Notes: generated by a model from the letters alone, not told the origin. DNA of 64,000 nt from Candidatus Liptonbacteria bacterium (GCA_016867315.1 VGJV01000003.1:27429-91428), one strand, 5' to 3'. Shown: positions 9,124-18,938, counted from the stretch's first letter. Program-made: numbers and translations.

Positions 9124-10101
9124 TTGGCTATGAATATGTACAACGCAATAAAGACGTTCAATACCCAGTTTGGATTTGAACCCAAAATCGAGAACTTGAA
9201 TAATCTTCAGAGGCGAGAGAAATTTGTAGTGGCCGGCATGGGAGGTTCGCATCTCGCTGCGGATCTTTTCTCGATTATCAACCCCGAGCTTGATATTGAG
9301 ATTCATAAGGATTATGGCTTGCCCGCCCTTCCTGATCTGAAGAACAGGTTTCTCATTGCAAGTTCTTATTCTGGAAATACTGAAGAAACCGTGAGCGCAT
9401 TCCTTGAGGCTCGGAAACATAAGATTCCTGTAGCCGCAATTGCGGTGGGAGGAAAACTCATGGAATTAGCGAAAAAATTCAAAGTTCCTTACGTACAGCT
9501 TCCCGATTTGCAAATCCAACCCCGTTCGGCCCTGGGGGTGAGTATTATGGCCATGTTTGCATTGATGAATGACCGTCGTTTGCTTAAAGAAGCTTCACAC
9601 TTAAAATCGCGGCTTCGACCCGACAAAATCGAGGCAGTGGGGAAAGCGCTCGCATATAGAATCAAAGGAAAGGTTCCGGTAGTATATTCGTCTTCAGAGA
9701 ACGCTCCTATCGCGTACAACTGGAAAATAAAGTTGAACGAAACCGGCAAAATCCCGGCTTTTATGAATGTCCTTCCGGAGTTGAATCACAACGAAATGAA
9801 TGGTTTTGATGTGCATCCCTCTACCCGTCCGCTTTCTAGGGTATTTCATTTCCTTCTGCTCAAAGATAAAAATGACAATGAACATGTGCAAAAGCGCATG
9901 GAAGTACTCGCCTCCCTTTATGAAGCCCGTAAGTTGCCCGTCATGACCCTTGAGCTTAAAGGCAAGACGGTACTCGAAAAGATATTCTCCTCGCTCCTTC
10001 TTGCGGATTGGCTGGCATATCACACCGCGACACTTTATAAAGTGGATCCGGAGCAGGTCCCGCTCGTGGAAGAATTCAAAAAGTTGATAGCCAAGAGATA
10101 G
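9124..10101 (+). CDS. bifunctional phosphoglucose/phosphomannose isomerase (SIS-domain, archaeal-type PGI/PMI)
   Basis: GMGGSHLAADL and SSYSGNTEET signatures of the PGI/PMI family. Pathway context next to zwf-gnd. Confidence 0.7.
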   Translation: MAMNMYNAIKTFNTQFGFEPKIENLNNLQRREKFVVAGMGGSHLAADLFSIINPELDIEIHKDYGLPALPDLKNRFLIASSYSGNTEETVSAFLEARKHKIPVAAIAVGGKLMELAKKFKVPYVQLPDLQIQPRSALGVSIMAMFALMNDRRLLKEASHLKSRLRPDKIEAVGKALAYRIKGKVPVVYSSSENAPIAYNWKIKLNETGKIPAFMNVLPELNHNEMNGFDVHPSTRPLSRVFHFLLLKDKNDNEHVQKRMEVLASLYEARKLPVMTLELKGKTVLEKIFSSLLLADWLAYHTATLYKVDPEQVPLVEEFKKLIAKR

Positions 10102-10113
10102 ATTGTTGGTATA

Positions 10114-10941
10114 ATGGGAGAGATGAAAAAACTCTCCCGTTCGAAACTCGAGCTTTTTTTGGAATGTCCTCGGTGTTTTTGGCTAGATCAAGTAAAAGGC
10201 GTGAAGCGTCCTCCGCCTGCGCCTTATACGATAAACAGCGCCATCGATCATCTCTTAAAACAAGAATTTGATTCATACCGGGAGAAAGGTGAGCCTCACC
10301 CGATTATGACCAAGCACGGAGTGGAAGCCATTCCCTTTGCCCATCCTCAGCTCGACAAATGGCGACACAACTTCACGGGAGTCTCTCACCTGCATACACC
10401 GACTGGTATCCATATTTATGGAGCAGTGGATGATATTTGGGTAAACCCCAATGGGGAAGTCATGGTAGTGGACTACAAAGCAACGGGAGCAAATCAGCAT
10501 CAAATTTACGATTCCTACGGCCGACAAATGGAAGTATATCAGTGGCTCTTGCGCCGGAATGATCTGGAAGTTTCTCCTACGGGATACTTTGTATTCGCGA
10601 GGGTGAATAAAGGAAATGGTTTTGCTTCGCCCTCCGACTTGGCCGCCGAAGCTTCAGCGGAGAAGGCAGCGATGAAGCGAAACGGAAAAACAGGACTTTT
10701 ACCCTTCGACATTTTTGTTGAATCGCACACCGGGGATGATGCGTGGGTGGAAGAAACGATTATCGGAGCGGCAAAGCTTTTAGAGCAAACGAAAGCTCCT
10801 GTCGCCGCCGGGGATTGTGAATATTGTAAATATAGAGAAGCGGGACATATAGAAGACCTTCCGAAAGAATCAGCTGTTCCGATGGTTAAAAAGATTCTTA
10901 TTCCCGCTAAGAAATCTCGAGTTTCGAATCTGGGGATTTAG
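10114..10941 (+). CDS. PD-(D/E)XK nuclease, Cas4/RecB-like with a 4-Cys cluster
   Basis: N-terminal CPRCFWLD, a central V(V)DYKATG motif and C-terminal CEYCKY. No CRISPR or cas genes nearby. Confidence 0.5.
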   Translation: MGEMKKLSRSKLELFLECPRCFWLDQVKGVKRPPPAPYTINSAIDHLLKQEFDSYREKGEPHPIMTKHGVEAIPFAHPQLDKWRHNFTGVSHLHTPTGIHIYGAVDDIWVNPNGEVMVVDYKATGANQHQIYDSYGRQMEVYQWLLRRNDLEVSPTGYFVFARVNKGNGFASPSDLAAEASAEKAAMKRNGKTGLLPFDIFVESHTGDDAWVEETIIGAAKLLEQTKAPVAAGDCEYCKYREAGHIEDLPKESAVPMVKKILIPAKKSRVSNLGI

Positions 10942-10945
10942 CGGT

Positions 10946-11383
10946 ATGTTTCTCGCTAAAAAGTCCAAAGTATTCCACTGGACCCATCATGCGCGTGGGA
11001 AAATGCGCTTTTATCGTCTCTCCGAAGCGAGAGTTCGGCGGGTTGTTCATTCTCCTAAGCGAATTGAAGAAGGAGTAGCGCCTAAAACGGTGGCAATGAT
11101 GCAACCTTTGTCAGTAACAAGTAACAAGGAACAAGGGACATGGAAGGAGAAATGGAATCAGGAGCTTTGGGTAATGATTCAGGATAAAGGGAGTATCCGA
11201 AAAGTAATCAGTGCGTGGCGATACCCGGGGATGACGAAACCGGGTATTCCGCTGCCGGAGGAAATTCTGCGGGAGATTCGCGCCGGCGTGACAATTTCCA
11301 AAAATTCTGCGGAAGATAAAGAAAAGGTAAAAACTCGAATGCGGGGGATGCTCAGCAAATGGCGCCGCACCTTGCGCGGATGA
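10946..11383 (+). CDS. hypothetical protein (145 aa, basic)
   Basis: ORF only. Confidence 0.35.
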   Translation: MFLAKKSKVFHWTHHARGKMRFYRLSEARVRRVVHSPKRIEEGVAPKTVAMMQPLSVTSNKEQGTWKEKWNQELWVMIQDKGSIRKVISAWRYPGMTKPGIPLPEEILREIRAGVTISKNSAEDKEKVKTRMRGMLSKWRRTLRG

Positions 11384-11517
11384 GCCGCGACTAATGACCT
11401 ATGACCAATGACATATGACAAAATTCCATACAAGTTTACTCTCGACTGCTATAATAATTTTATTAAGCGGCGTTAATAAGTTATACGTCATCAGTTATTA
11501 GTCATAAGTCAAATTCC

Positions 11518-11961
11518 ATGCTCATCACCACTCCTGCATTTAAGAATGGCGAAAAGATTCCCAGAAAATTTACCTGCGAGGGAGGGGATATGAACCCCGA
11601 GTTCCAAATTCAAAATCTTCCTCAAGGAACAAAGAGCTTGGCATTTCTCATGGAGGATCCCGATGCTCCCGGAGGGACTTTTGTGCATTGGCTGGTGTGG
11701 AACATCGATCCTGGTGCCGCTTTCATTAAAGAAGAAAGCAAACCTTCAAAAAGCGTGGAGGGCACTAATTCCGGAGGGGCGATGGGGTACATGGGACCAT
11801 GCCCCCCTCGAGGTTCCCCTCATCGTTATTTTTTTCGCGCCTACGCATTAGACGCCTTTCTTTCGCTGATGCCGGGAGCAAAACGTCCGGAATTCGATGC
11901 GGAAATTGCCGGGCATGTACTCGCCGAAGCCGAACTTATGGGAACCTATGAACGCCATTAG
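11518..11961 (+). CDS. YbhB/YbcL family Raf-kinase-inhibitor-like (PEBP) protein
   Basis: PEBP signatures DPDAPGGTFVHWLVWNI and HRYFFRAYALD. Confidence 0.8.
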   Translation: MLITTPAFKNGEKIPRKFTCEGGDMNPEFQIQNLPQGTKSLAFLMEDPDAPGGTFVHWLVWNIDPGAAFIKEESKPSKSVEGTNSGGAMGYMGPCPPRGSPHRYFFRAYALDAFLSLMPGAKRPEFDAEIAGHVLAEAELMGTYERH

Positions 11962-12112
11962 GCGTAATTTCTAATTCCTAATATCAAAATCCTAAATAAG
12001 CCCCAACCTCCAATTTTCCAAATTGAAATTTCGTGCTTGGTATTCTAAAATTATTTAGAAATTAGTAATTAAATATTAGAAGTTTTGCTTTTTAATCTTT
12101 TATTCATAATTC

Positions 12113-12460
12113 ATGATTCACAATTCACAAGCATTGCTCATACGCTGGGGGTTGGCATTCGTATTTTTGTATGCGGGATTAGCCAGTTTGCTCCGACCTC
12201 TGGATTGGATAGGGTATTTTCCCCCGTTTCTCCTAGCGCTCATACCTCAAGGCTTTTTACTTCCTGCGTTTGCAGTAATAGAAATTGTGCTGGCGGTATG
12301 GCTTTTCTCGGGGAGACGGGTAAAAGCGGCAGGATGGGTGGCATTTTGCCTGCTCCTTGGCATTACAATATTTAACTTCGGCATATTCGACGTGGTGTTT
12401 CGGGATGTGGGGTTGGCGCTCGGCGCTCTCGCTTTAACGGCTGCGCATAGAGAAGCTTAG
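12113..12460 (+). CDS. DoxX-like small membrane protein
   Basis: 115 aa with 3-4 predicted TM helices. Confidence 0.45.
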   Translation: MIHNSQALLIRWGLAFVFLYAGLASLLRPLDWIGYFPPFLLALIPQGFLLPAFAVIEIVLAVWLFSGRRVKAAGWVAFCLLLGITIFNFGIFDVVFRDVGLALGALALTAAHREA

Positions 12461-12546
12461 ACCATACCGCATCATGTCGCTTGTGGATAACCCCCTTGAC
12501 AGCAGGATAGGGGAGGAATACGCTAAAAATAATCTAACTTAAAGCA

Positions 12547-12663
12547 ATGCAACATCTCTCGGCTTATCTCGGCACCCTTATGCTTACGCTTACGCTTTTT
12601 GCGTGGGTGTTTTGCTTTAGCTTTATTATTAAAACCGAGGGGGTCATGAGAACCAAGAGATAA
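12547..12663 (+). CDS. possible small hydrophobic peptide (38 aa: MQHLSAYLGTLMLTLTLFAWVFCFSFIIKTEGVMRTKR)
   Basis: Short ORF followed 25 nt later by a strong terminator. It falls below the ORF-track cutoff. Confidence 0.2.
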   Translation: MQHLSAYLGTLMLTLTLFAWVFCFSFIIKTEGVMRTKR

Positions 12664-12688
12664 CAGCTTCACGAACATAGATTCTCAC

Positions 12689-12724
12689 AGACCTCCTCGA
12701 AACCCGAGGAGGTCTTTCTTTTAC
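12689..12724 (+). terminator. rho-independent terminator (agacctcctcg-aaac-ccgaggaggtct + ttcttttac)
   Basis: Perfect 11-bp GC-rich stem, 4-nt loop and a T-rich tail, read directly from the sequence. Confidence 0.7.
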
Positions 12725-12902
12725 AAAATCAGACTCTCATCCCATTTGCACTTAGAGAAATAAAGGGCAAATGAGATGAGCGTCCACTTGGGGAAGCGGC
12801 GCTCAAAGAATTTCGGTTTTTATTGCACATGATTGTGGGCCAATCTGGTGCTAACTCTGGAATTCAAAAGGTCAAGAGGTCAATTAATTATTTTCAACGA
12901 AC

Positions 12903-13583
12903 ATGAAAATAGGAGTGTTAGGGAGCACGAGTCCGCTAGTAAGCATTCACCTCCAGAGGCTTATTGCGGAATCTACTCCGGCGAGGAAAGATCAGGATCA
13001 TCTGGAGGTAGTAAGTTACACCAACCCAAAGGTTGCCGATTACGAAAATGGGGTGGAAAAGGTGGAAGACCGCGAATATCACGAAACGCTCGTGACCTCG
13101 GCTCAACTCCTGGTGCGCGCAGGAGTCTCTATGATCGCAATTCCCTGTAACAAGGCCCATACAAGGATTTCAGACATTCAAGGCAGAGTACCGGTGCCGG
13201 TCACCAACATGGTGGAGCTCACCGTGCGCCGCGTTCTTGAAGATCATGGGAAAACCACAGTAGGACTTATTGCCCCTGCCCCTACTTCGAAAATCTACGA
13301 AGAAACCGTTCCAGGTTCTGGCATACATTGGATTGCCCCCACGGTGGCCGGCCAGGAATCGGTGATAAAAGTAATCAATGCGATCAAAGCCGGTGGTGAA
13401 GCCGATACTGCGGCAATCACCAAAGTGGCCAAAGAGCTAATCGAGAAAGGCGCCAAAGTGTTAGTGTTGGGATGCGCAAAGCTCTCGGTGGTAGCCGACG
13501 AAGTGGAAAAGCTAGGGAAACCAGTGGTCGATCCCATGCGAGTGCTCGCAGAGCACTTAGTGGACCAAGCTCGAGTAATATGA
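12903..13583 (+). CDS. aspartate/glutamate racemase family protein
   Basis: 226 aa with MKIGVLG… and IAIPCNKAH (the Asp racemase CNTAH-type motif). Confidence 0.65.
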   Translation: MKIGVLGSTSPLVSIHLQRLIAESTPARKDQDHLEVVSYTNPKVADYENGVEKVEDREYHETLVTSAQLLVRAGVSMIAIPCNKAHTRISDIQGRVPVPVTNMVELTVRRVLEDHGKTTVGLIAPAPTSKIYEETVPGSGIHWIAPTVAGQESVIKVINAIKAGGEADTAAITKVAKELIEKGAKVLVLGCAKLSVVADEVEKLGKPVVDPMRVLAEHLVDQARVI

Positions 13584-13599
13584 GAGGTTAGTAAAAACT

Positions 13600-13632
13600 C
13601 CCAGGGAATGTCTAGATGAGACATTCCCTGGA
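13600..13632. repeat. perfect 13-bp-stem palindrome (cccagggaatgtct-agatg-agacattccctgg) just after the racemase stop
   Basis: Read directly. There is no T-run after it. Confidence 0.6.
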
Positions 13633-13913
13633 ACTCGGGTGCGGATTTCAGGGAAAATCCTTGAAATCCCCATCGGAGCTAGGTATGCCGGTGTGGGAAA
13701 GAAGGCTCTTTGACGTCTAAAAATAAGGTAGATGTGAAAGAGGTAAAACGGTAGTACAACCTGGAGGTGTTTCCTCAACATCTCCGAGCAGCGGTAATGC
13801 ACTATGATACGTAACGAAGCAACGGGTATTCGGACCACTGTAGGGAATGGGAGGACCATTTCCTCCCCAGTGGTGCAAATGAGCTTAGCTCAATCAGAAA
13901 CGGGGGTGGCCAA

Positions 13914-15743
13914 ATGAAGGTTGCCTTTGCAGTGCAGGATGGTGATATTGCGGCAGAAGCTGCGGCAAGTGTCCTGGAAAGGAGAAATTATTCTGTCCGC
14001 CGACTCCAAAATGGCGACAGATGCACCTCTCAGGAAATTGCACTCTTCTCGCTTCACAATTGCCAGACGAACAGTCCAAATCGATGGCTGCGAGTTTCTC
14101 CTTGGAGGATCGAGAATCCTCCGGAATGGGCGACTACAACGCCATTCTGGATTGGAGTAAGACAAACTCCGGCATCGGCTCACAAAGCTCAAGATGGCGC
14201 GCATCGGTTTGAAGCCGCCTTATTGGGAATCGCAGACGCGTACACCGCCTGGCAACCGCAGGAAGGGGAAACTCTACCCCCATGGTTTTCAAGAAGCCAT
14301 AATGGTAAGGTGACCCGCGGACACGAGCAGGATTATCAGGGATGGCTCGCACGCGCAAAGGACGCAGCACAGGAATTGCTGACGGTCACCACTCCACAGG
14401 AGCCGAGTCTTCCTCCGGAGCACATCGAAGTGAAAGTGAGGATTCCTTTAGGGGAAATTAAGGAAAAAAAGGACATCCAATCTACGGAGGGGCCTTTTCG
14501 AATGCTCTTCGGATACAAGACCCACTACACTTCGAGAGTGATTCGGGCGCTCGGGACATTGTATCGGGAATACAATACACACTTCGCAAGGCTGGTAGAA
14601 GCAAATCGGGAATGGAATACCGACTATCAGTACTGCCAAGTGGCGGGAGCGATTACAAACTTCGCTGTTCAAATTGACATGAAGGGTTTGTCGCAAGGGT
14701 TTTTGGATGCGGCAGCACACATGTCCGAGAAAGAGATACTTACCGCATTGAGGAGCTCGATTTATGAGTTCGAAAACTCTCTCGCGATGTATCAATTACT
14801 CGAACGCTCGTTTCCGGATGAACAGGGAAATTCGTTCTTCAGGCAGGGCTTCCGCGCTACGCTCGACGAAGTGCGGCAGCGATTCCAGAGACCAATCGCG
14901 CTCTTGGCAGTCACTGCTCAAAAGTACCAGGCTATGCGTCAAGCAGAGTTTGGGAAAGCGCTCGCACAACCGCTCACCGATGCCGAAGTTCGAGAACTTT
15001 CGGGATTTGATACATTCTGGGGTCCTGAGGAATTCCGAAAGCATATAGAGGAGAATAAGGGAATATGTCGGTATCTTCTCTATGCTCGAACCAGCGATCC
15101 AATTGCGAAGCTCAAAGATTCAACGGTGATAGTGGATCATCCGCTTTTGGGCGACCCTCAAATGCGGCGGATCATTAAAGCCAATACAGTCACGATGAAC
15201 ATTGATGCACCAGGCATGCCTCATGAACGGCGTATCAATGACACGAAGGCTTACATGGCGCCGATGAACATGGGATTCGGAATTCAAACCGAGTCAGATC
15301 TTTACACCGGCTCTGAAAAAGTGGAGCTTTCCGAGGGGTTTAGGCAGCATTTAACTCTTCAAGGGATCGACCCTTCCGAGGTTGAATCTGGGAAAGTATG
15401 GCTGCGCATGAAACCCACATACGGCCATTACGGCTGTTACGGTCACGTGCGAGGCCCTCTTAATCGAAGTCGGGTGCGGTCTGAATTACGGACAAACCTC
15501 AACTCACGCGGGCCATATGTGGTTCAGCCGGAGATGAAGGTGATGGTCGTGGTGGACCAAGACACAGGGCGGGAATATACGGTCATTGATCGGAATTTCA
15601 TGTCTCTGATTAACGGGCAACCTTATTTCCTAGGCGGTTTTAGATCGCTGATGCCTCTGGATTCTACCGAAGCTCGCGAGGGTAGAAATCATGGGAACAG
15701 CTCGACTGTTTGGGCGGAAGTGTTGCAAACCTCTGAAAAATAA
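13914..15743 (+). CDS. hypothetical protein, 609 aa; the C-terminal region may be ATP-grasp-like
   Basis: Long ORF with locally higher GC than its neighbours. The C-terminal PYVVQPEMKVMVVVDQDTGREYTVIDRNF resembles ATP-grasp strands, but this is unconfirmed. Confidence 0.45.
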   Translation: MKVAFAVQDGDIAAEAAASVLERRNYSVRRLQNGDRCTSQEIALFSLHNCQTNSPNRWLRVSPWRIENPPEWATTTPFWIGVRQTPASAHKAQDGAHRFEAALLGIADAYTAWQPQEGETLPPWFSRSHNGKVTRGHEQDYQGWLARAKDAAQELLTVTTPQEPSLPPEHIEVKVRIPLGEIKEKKDIQSTEGPFRMLFGYKTHYTSRVIRALGTLYREYNTHFARLVEANREWNTDYQYCQVAGAITNFAVQIDMKGLSQGFLDAAAHMSEKEILTALRSSIYEFENSLAMYQLLERSFPDEQGNSFFRQGFRATLDEVRQRFQRPIALLAVTAQKYQAMRQAEFGKALAQPLTDAEVRELSGFDTFWGPEEFRKHIEENKGICRYLLYARTSDPIAKLKDSTVIVDHPLLGDPQMRRIIKANTVTMNIDAPGMPHERRINDTKAYMAPMNMGFGIQTESDLYTGSEKVELSEGFRQHLTLQGIDPSEVESGKVWLRMKPTYGHYGCYGHVRGPLNRSRVRSELRTNLNSRGPYVVQPEMKVMVVVDQDTGREYTVIDRNFMSLINGQPYFLGGFRSLMPLDSTEAREGRNHGNSSTVWAEVLQTSEK

Positions 15744-16898
15744 TTGAGTGAAGTTAATAAAAATGGTAATTTGAAGCCAGGTTCCGAAATTGGACCCTGG
15801 CTTCGCTCATTTAAGAATATGGAACAGATTATATCTCTCAGTAAAAAGTTAATTTCAATAAAGTCTGTCGAGGGAAATCCCAAAGCCCTGGGAGAGGCTT
15901 TAGAGCTCGTACTGCCGTCCCTCAAGGATTACACAATCGAGCGATTTTCTAAGAATGGAGTGCAAAGTGCGCTTGTATATAACACCAAAGCACGCCCTTC
16001 GCGCTTCAAAATAATTTTAAACGGTCACTTAGACGTAATTCCCGGGAAAGAGTCTCAATACATCCCTCGCGTAAAAGGAAATAAATTATTCGGAGCGGGT
16101 TCTATGGATATGAAGGCCAATGTGGCCTGTCTTATTGAGGCGTTTAAGACCGTGGCGAATAAAGTAAAGTACCCGCTGGCGTTGCAGCTTACGACTGACG
16201 AAGAGATAGGGGGATTCGATGGAACAAAATACCAAATCGAAAAAGGAGTGAGAGCTGATTTTGTCCTTGCCGGAGAACCTACGAACTTCGATATCGTGAA
16301 TAAAGCCAAAGGCGTGCTCTGGTTAAAAGTTTCTGCCTTAGGAAAAACCGCGCACGGAGCGTATCCATGGAGAGGAGAAAGCGCAGTTTGGAAAATGCAA
16401 AATTTTTTGGAAGTTCTAAAAAAGAAATTTCCACTTCCCAAGCAGCAGGTGTGGGCCACTACGATAAATGTGAGTCGTATCGAAACGAAGAATCAGGCAA
16501 TCAACAAAATCCCGGATGAGTGTTCGGTGTGGCTTGATATCCGTTTTATTCCTGAAGAAGCTCAAACTATACTAAAAAAGATCCGAGCGTTAGTCCCGAG
16601 AGGTTTCAAAATGGAAGTCCTCGCGAATGAACCGGCACTCTTCACTCCCCAAAATAATACATACGTAAAAACCCTCGAAAAATTAGGGAAAGATCTTCTT
16701 CATAAAAAAATTTTACTACGCGGGGCGCAGGGTACCTCCGATGCCCGACATTTCCGCCGAGTAAACTGTCCTGGGATTGAGTTTGGACCCATAGGCGGAG
16801 GAATCGGGAGCGATGGAGAATGGGTGGATATTCCAAGTCTTGGAAAATACTCTCAAATTCTTCAGAATTTTTTGCTAAAAATACAGGAAGAAATTTGA
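15744..16898 (+). CDS. M20 family metallopeptidase (ArgE/DapE-like deacylase)
   Basis: HLDVIP…G(A)GSMDMK motifs, GEPT and the M20 dimerisation region. Confidence 0.75.
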   Translation: MSEVNKNGNLKPGSEIGPWLRSFKNMEQIISLSKKLISIKSVEGNPKALGEALELVLPSLKDYTIERFSKNGVQSALVYNTKARPSRFKIILNGHLDVIPGKESQYIPRVKGNKLFGAGSMDMKANVACLIEAFKTVANKVKYPLALQLTTDEEIGGFDGTKYQIEKGVRADFVLAGEPTNFDIVNKAKGVLWLKVSALGKTAHGAYPWRGESAVWKMQNFLEVLKKKFPLPKQQVWATTINVSRIETKNQAINKIPDECSVWLDIRFIPEEAQTILKKIRALVPRGFKMEVLANEPALFTPQNNTYVKTLEKLGKDLLHKKILLRGAQGTSDARHFRRVNCPGIEFGPIGGGIGSDGEWVDIPSLGKYSQILQNFLLKIQEEI

Positions 16899-16932
16899 TG
16901 GAATTTCTTTAAAAAGGCATAATAAACACATA

Positions 16933-17322
16933 ATGCGACGGCATTCACATGCCTCAATATGTGCAGGTTTAGCAGGCGTCCTGGCTCTAGGAGTAGCACT
17001 TATTTTTTATCTCCCGGCTCACGGAGCCGCAACGGTAACCTCGGCTACGGGTGGTACGTCGATTTCGGTGGACACCGTAGGCGGAAGTTATACGACGCTT
17101 ACCGGCCCCGTTGTAAGTGAGGGAGATGTAGGAGAAATAGAAGAAGGGAATATTATTTTGAATGCACCTGTAGGATTTGAATTTCGCACCACCGCGAATA
17201 GTGTGACCGCCACGCGTACTAACATCAATGGGGGCTCATGTACGGGTTCCGGCAATAAAGTATTAAAAATTGATAATGGCACCTCAGACACAGTTACTCC
17301 TACGACAATCCGAAGGGAATGA
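16933..17322 (+). pseudogene. N-terminal part (signal/anchor plus first domain) of a Thr/Ser-rich Ig-like surface protein; frame breaks near 17270-17322
   Basis: 129-aa ORF with a signal-anchor. The next ORF continues the same compositional theme in another frame, overlapping by about 50 nt. Confidence 0.45.
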
Positions 17323-18937
17323 GACGCTCTGCAGCGGCATAATCACTTGGAGCGGCATTGTGGTGCGTCCCACAACGGGGGCGCTTCCAAGCGGAAATCT
17401 GACGGTGGCCGGCGATATCCAAGGGGTAACCAGTTCCACAAACTTCGGGACCCTCACGACCACCGCGGGAGCCGCCACTCAGCTTGCTTTCAGCGTGCAG
17501 CCTGCGAGTACTACGCGAACTTCTACAATTAATCCTGCAGTGCAAGTAGAAATCCGGGATCAGTATGGCAATCGAACGACAAGCAGCGCTTCGGTGAGTC
17601 TTGCAATCGGAACAAATCCCGCGAGTGGAACATTGAGTAATGGCGGCTCTACTTCAGCGGTTTCCGGCACGGCAAGCTTTGCCAGTTTGAATATCGATAG
17701 TGCAGGAGATAGTTATACGCTCATAGCGTCGAGTGCGGGACTCGCTTCGGCAACCAGTAATTCGTTTAATATCGGGAAATCTAGTCAATCAATCACGTTT
17801 AATGCCTTAAGTGATAAGACCTATGGCGATGCGGACTTCGAGGTAAGTGCAACCGCTTCCTCGGGACTTACTCCCACTTTTAGCGCGTCGGGAGTATGTA
17901 CGGTCTCTACAAGCACCGTGCATATCACGGAAACTGGTACCTGCACGATCACTGCGTCACAGGTCGGCAGCAATAATTATGCCGCCTCCTCGAATGTTTC
18001 CCGCTCTTTTACGATCTACGCCGATCTTTCCACTCTCAATTCGAATATCTCCACGGTAAGCAGTACTCTTTCCTCCGCAACAGTCGGTACTTCTTCTGGG
18101 AGTTATCCGCAGGCGGCGGTAGATACGCTCACCGCAGCCCTTACTACTGCTCGAGCGGTAACAAATACTCAATCTCAGTCCTCGGTAAGTACCGCCGCTT
18201 CGACTCTCGCTGCGGCTCTCGCGACATTTAATAATTCAGTTATCACTTTAAACTTTTCTACCGTCACGACCGGGGATGGATCACGCACGGCGAGCGTCTC
18301 ATATACTACCGAAGCCGCTGCCACTGCGAATGGTATTAGGGTAACGTTAGCCATTCCGGGAGGTACCACCATTTCCGCCCCTTCAGAGTGGGATGGTTCG
18401 ATTGCTCCTCCTGCCTCCGCGCTTTCATATAATAAACCCAATCCTGAAACGGGATTTACCGTAAGAGTGGATACTGCAGTATCGATTGGGGCAGGAGATA
18501 CGTCGCTCACGTTCGATAAGGGAGTCCGATTGTTCTTTGCTGGCCAAGCGGGGAAACGAGCCGGCTATTCCCGCGGCAGCGCGTTCAATGAAATCACTGA
18601 TTCTTGCAGTGAGGATTCCCAAGCGGCCGGGGATGCGCTGGTTGAGGGAGGAGACTGTAAAATAAATTCCGGGGAAGATTTGATTATTTGGACCAAGCAT
18701 TTCACTACGTTTCTTACATATGTGCAGGCACCGCCTACGGTTGGAGTTGGGCATTCGGGGGGAAATAATGTTCCGGCTTCCTCAGCTCCCGTTTCTTCCG
18801 GACAAGTGTTAGGTGCAGTAGCCTTCAATCCCGAAGAAGTCGAAACCGAAGAAACAACAATAACCGCGCTCCGAATACGATTGGTAGCGCTGCTCACGCA
18901 ACTCGTCGGCCTCCTAGAGCAATTATTGTGCAAATAA
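17270..18937 (+). CDS. cell-surface protein with Big/Ig-like repeats (TQLAFSVQPASTTRTSTINPAVQVEIRDQYGN…), likely a continuation of 16933..17322
   Basis: 555 aa, very Thr/Ser/Ala-rich, with repeated Ig-like adhesin motifs. Confidence 0.55.
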   Translation: MIMAPQTQLLLRQSEGNETLCSGIITWSGIVVRPTTGALPSGNLTVAGDIQGVTSSTNFGTLTTTAGAATQLAFSVQPASTTRTSTINPAVQVEIRDQYGNRTTSSASVSLAIGTNPASGTLSNGGSTSAVSGTASFASLNIDSAGDSYTLIASSAGLASATSNSFNIGKSSQSITFNALSDKTYGDADFEVSATASSGLTPTFSASGVCTVSTSTVHITETGTCTITASQVGSNNYAASSNVSRSFTIYADLSTLNSNISTVSSTLSSATVGTSSGSYPQAAVDTLTAALTTARAVTNTQSQSSVSTAASTLAAALATFNNSVITLNFSTVTTGDGSRTASVSYTTEAAATANGIRVTLAIPGGTTISAPSEWDGSIAPPASALSYNKPNPETGFTVRVDTAVSIGAGDTSLTFDKGVRLFFAGQAGKRAGYSRGSAFNEITDSCSEDSQAAGDALVEGGDCKINSGEDLIIWTKHFTTFLTYVQAPPTVGVGHSGGNNVPASSAPVSSGQVLGAVAFNPEEVETEETTITALRIRLVALLTQLVGLLEQLLCK

Positions 18938-18938
18938 A

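Noticed and set aside
13640-13913. 280-nt non-coding leader upstream of the 609-aa ORF as a possible riboswitch or ncRNA
   Set aside because: I recognise no riboswitch consensus; it contains only a short ggaggaccatttcctcc hairpin. It is mentioned under the compositional-island finding rather than called as a feature.
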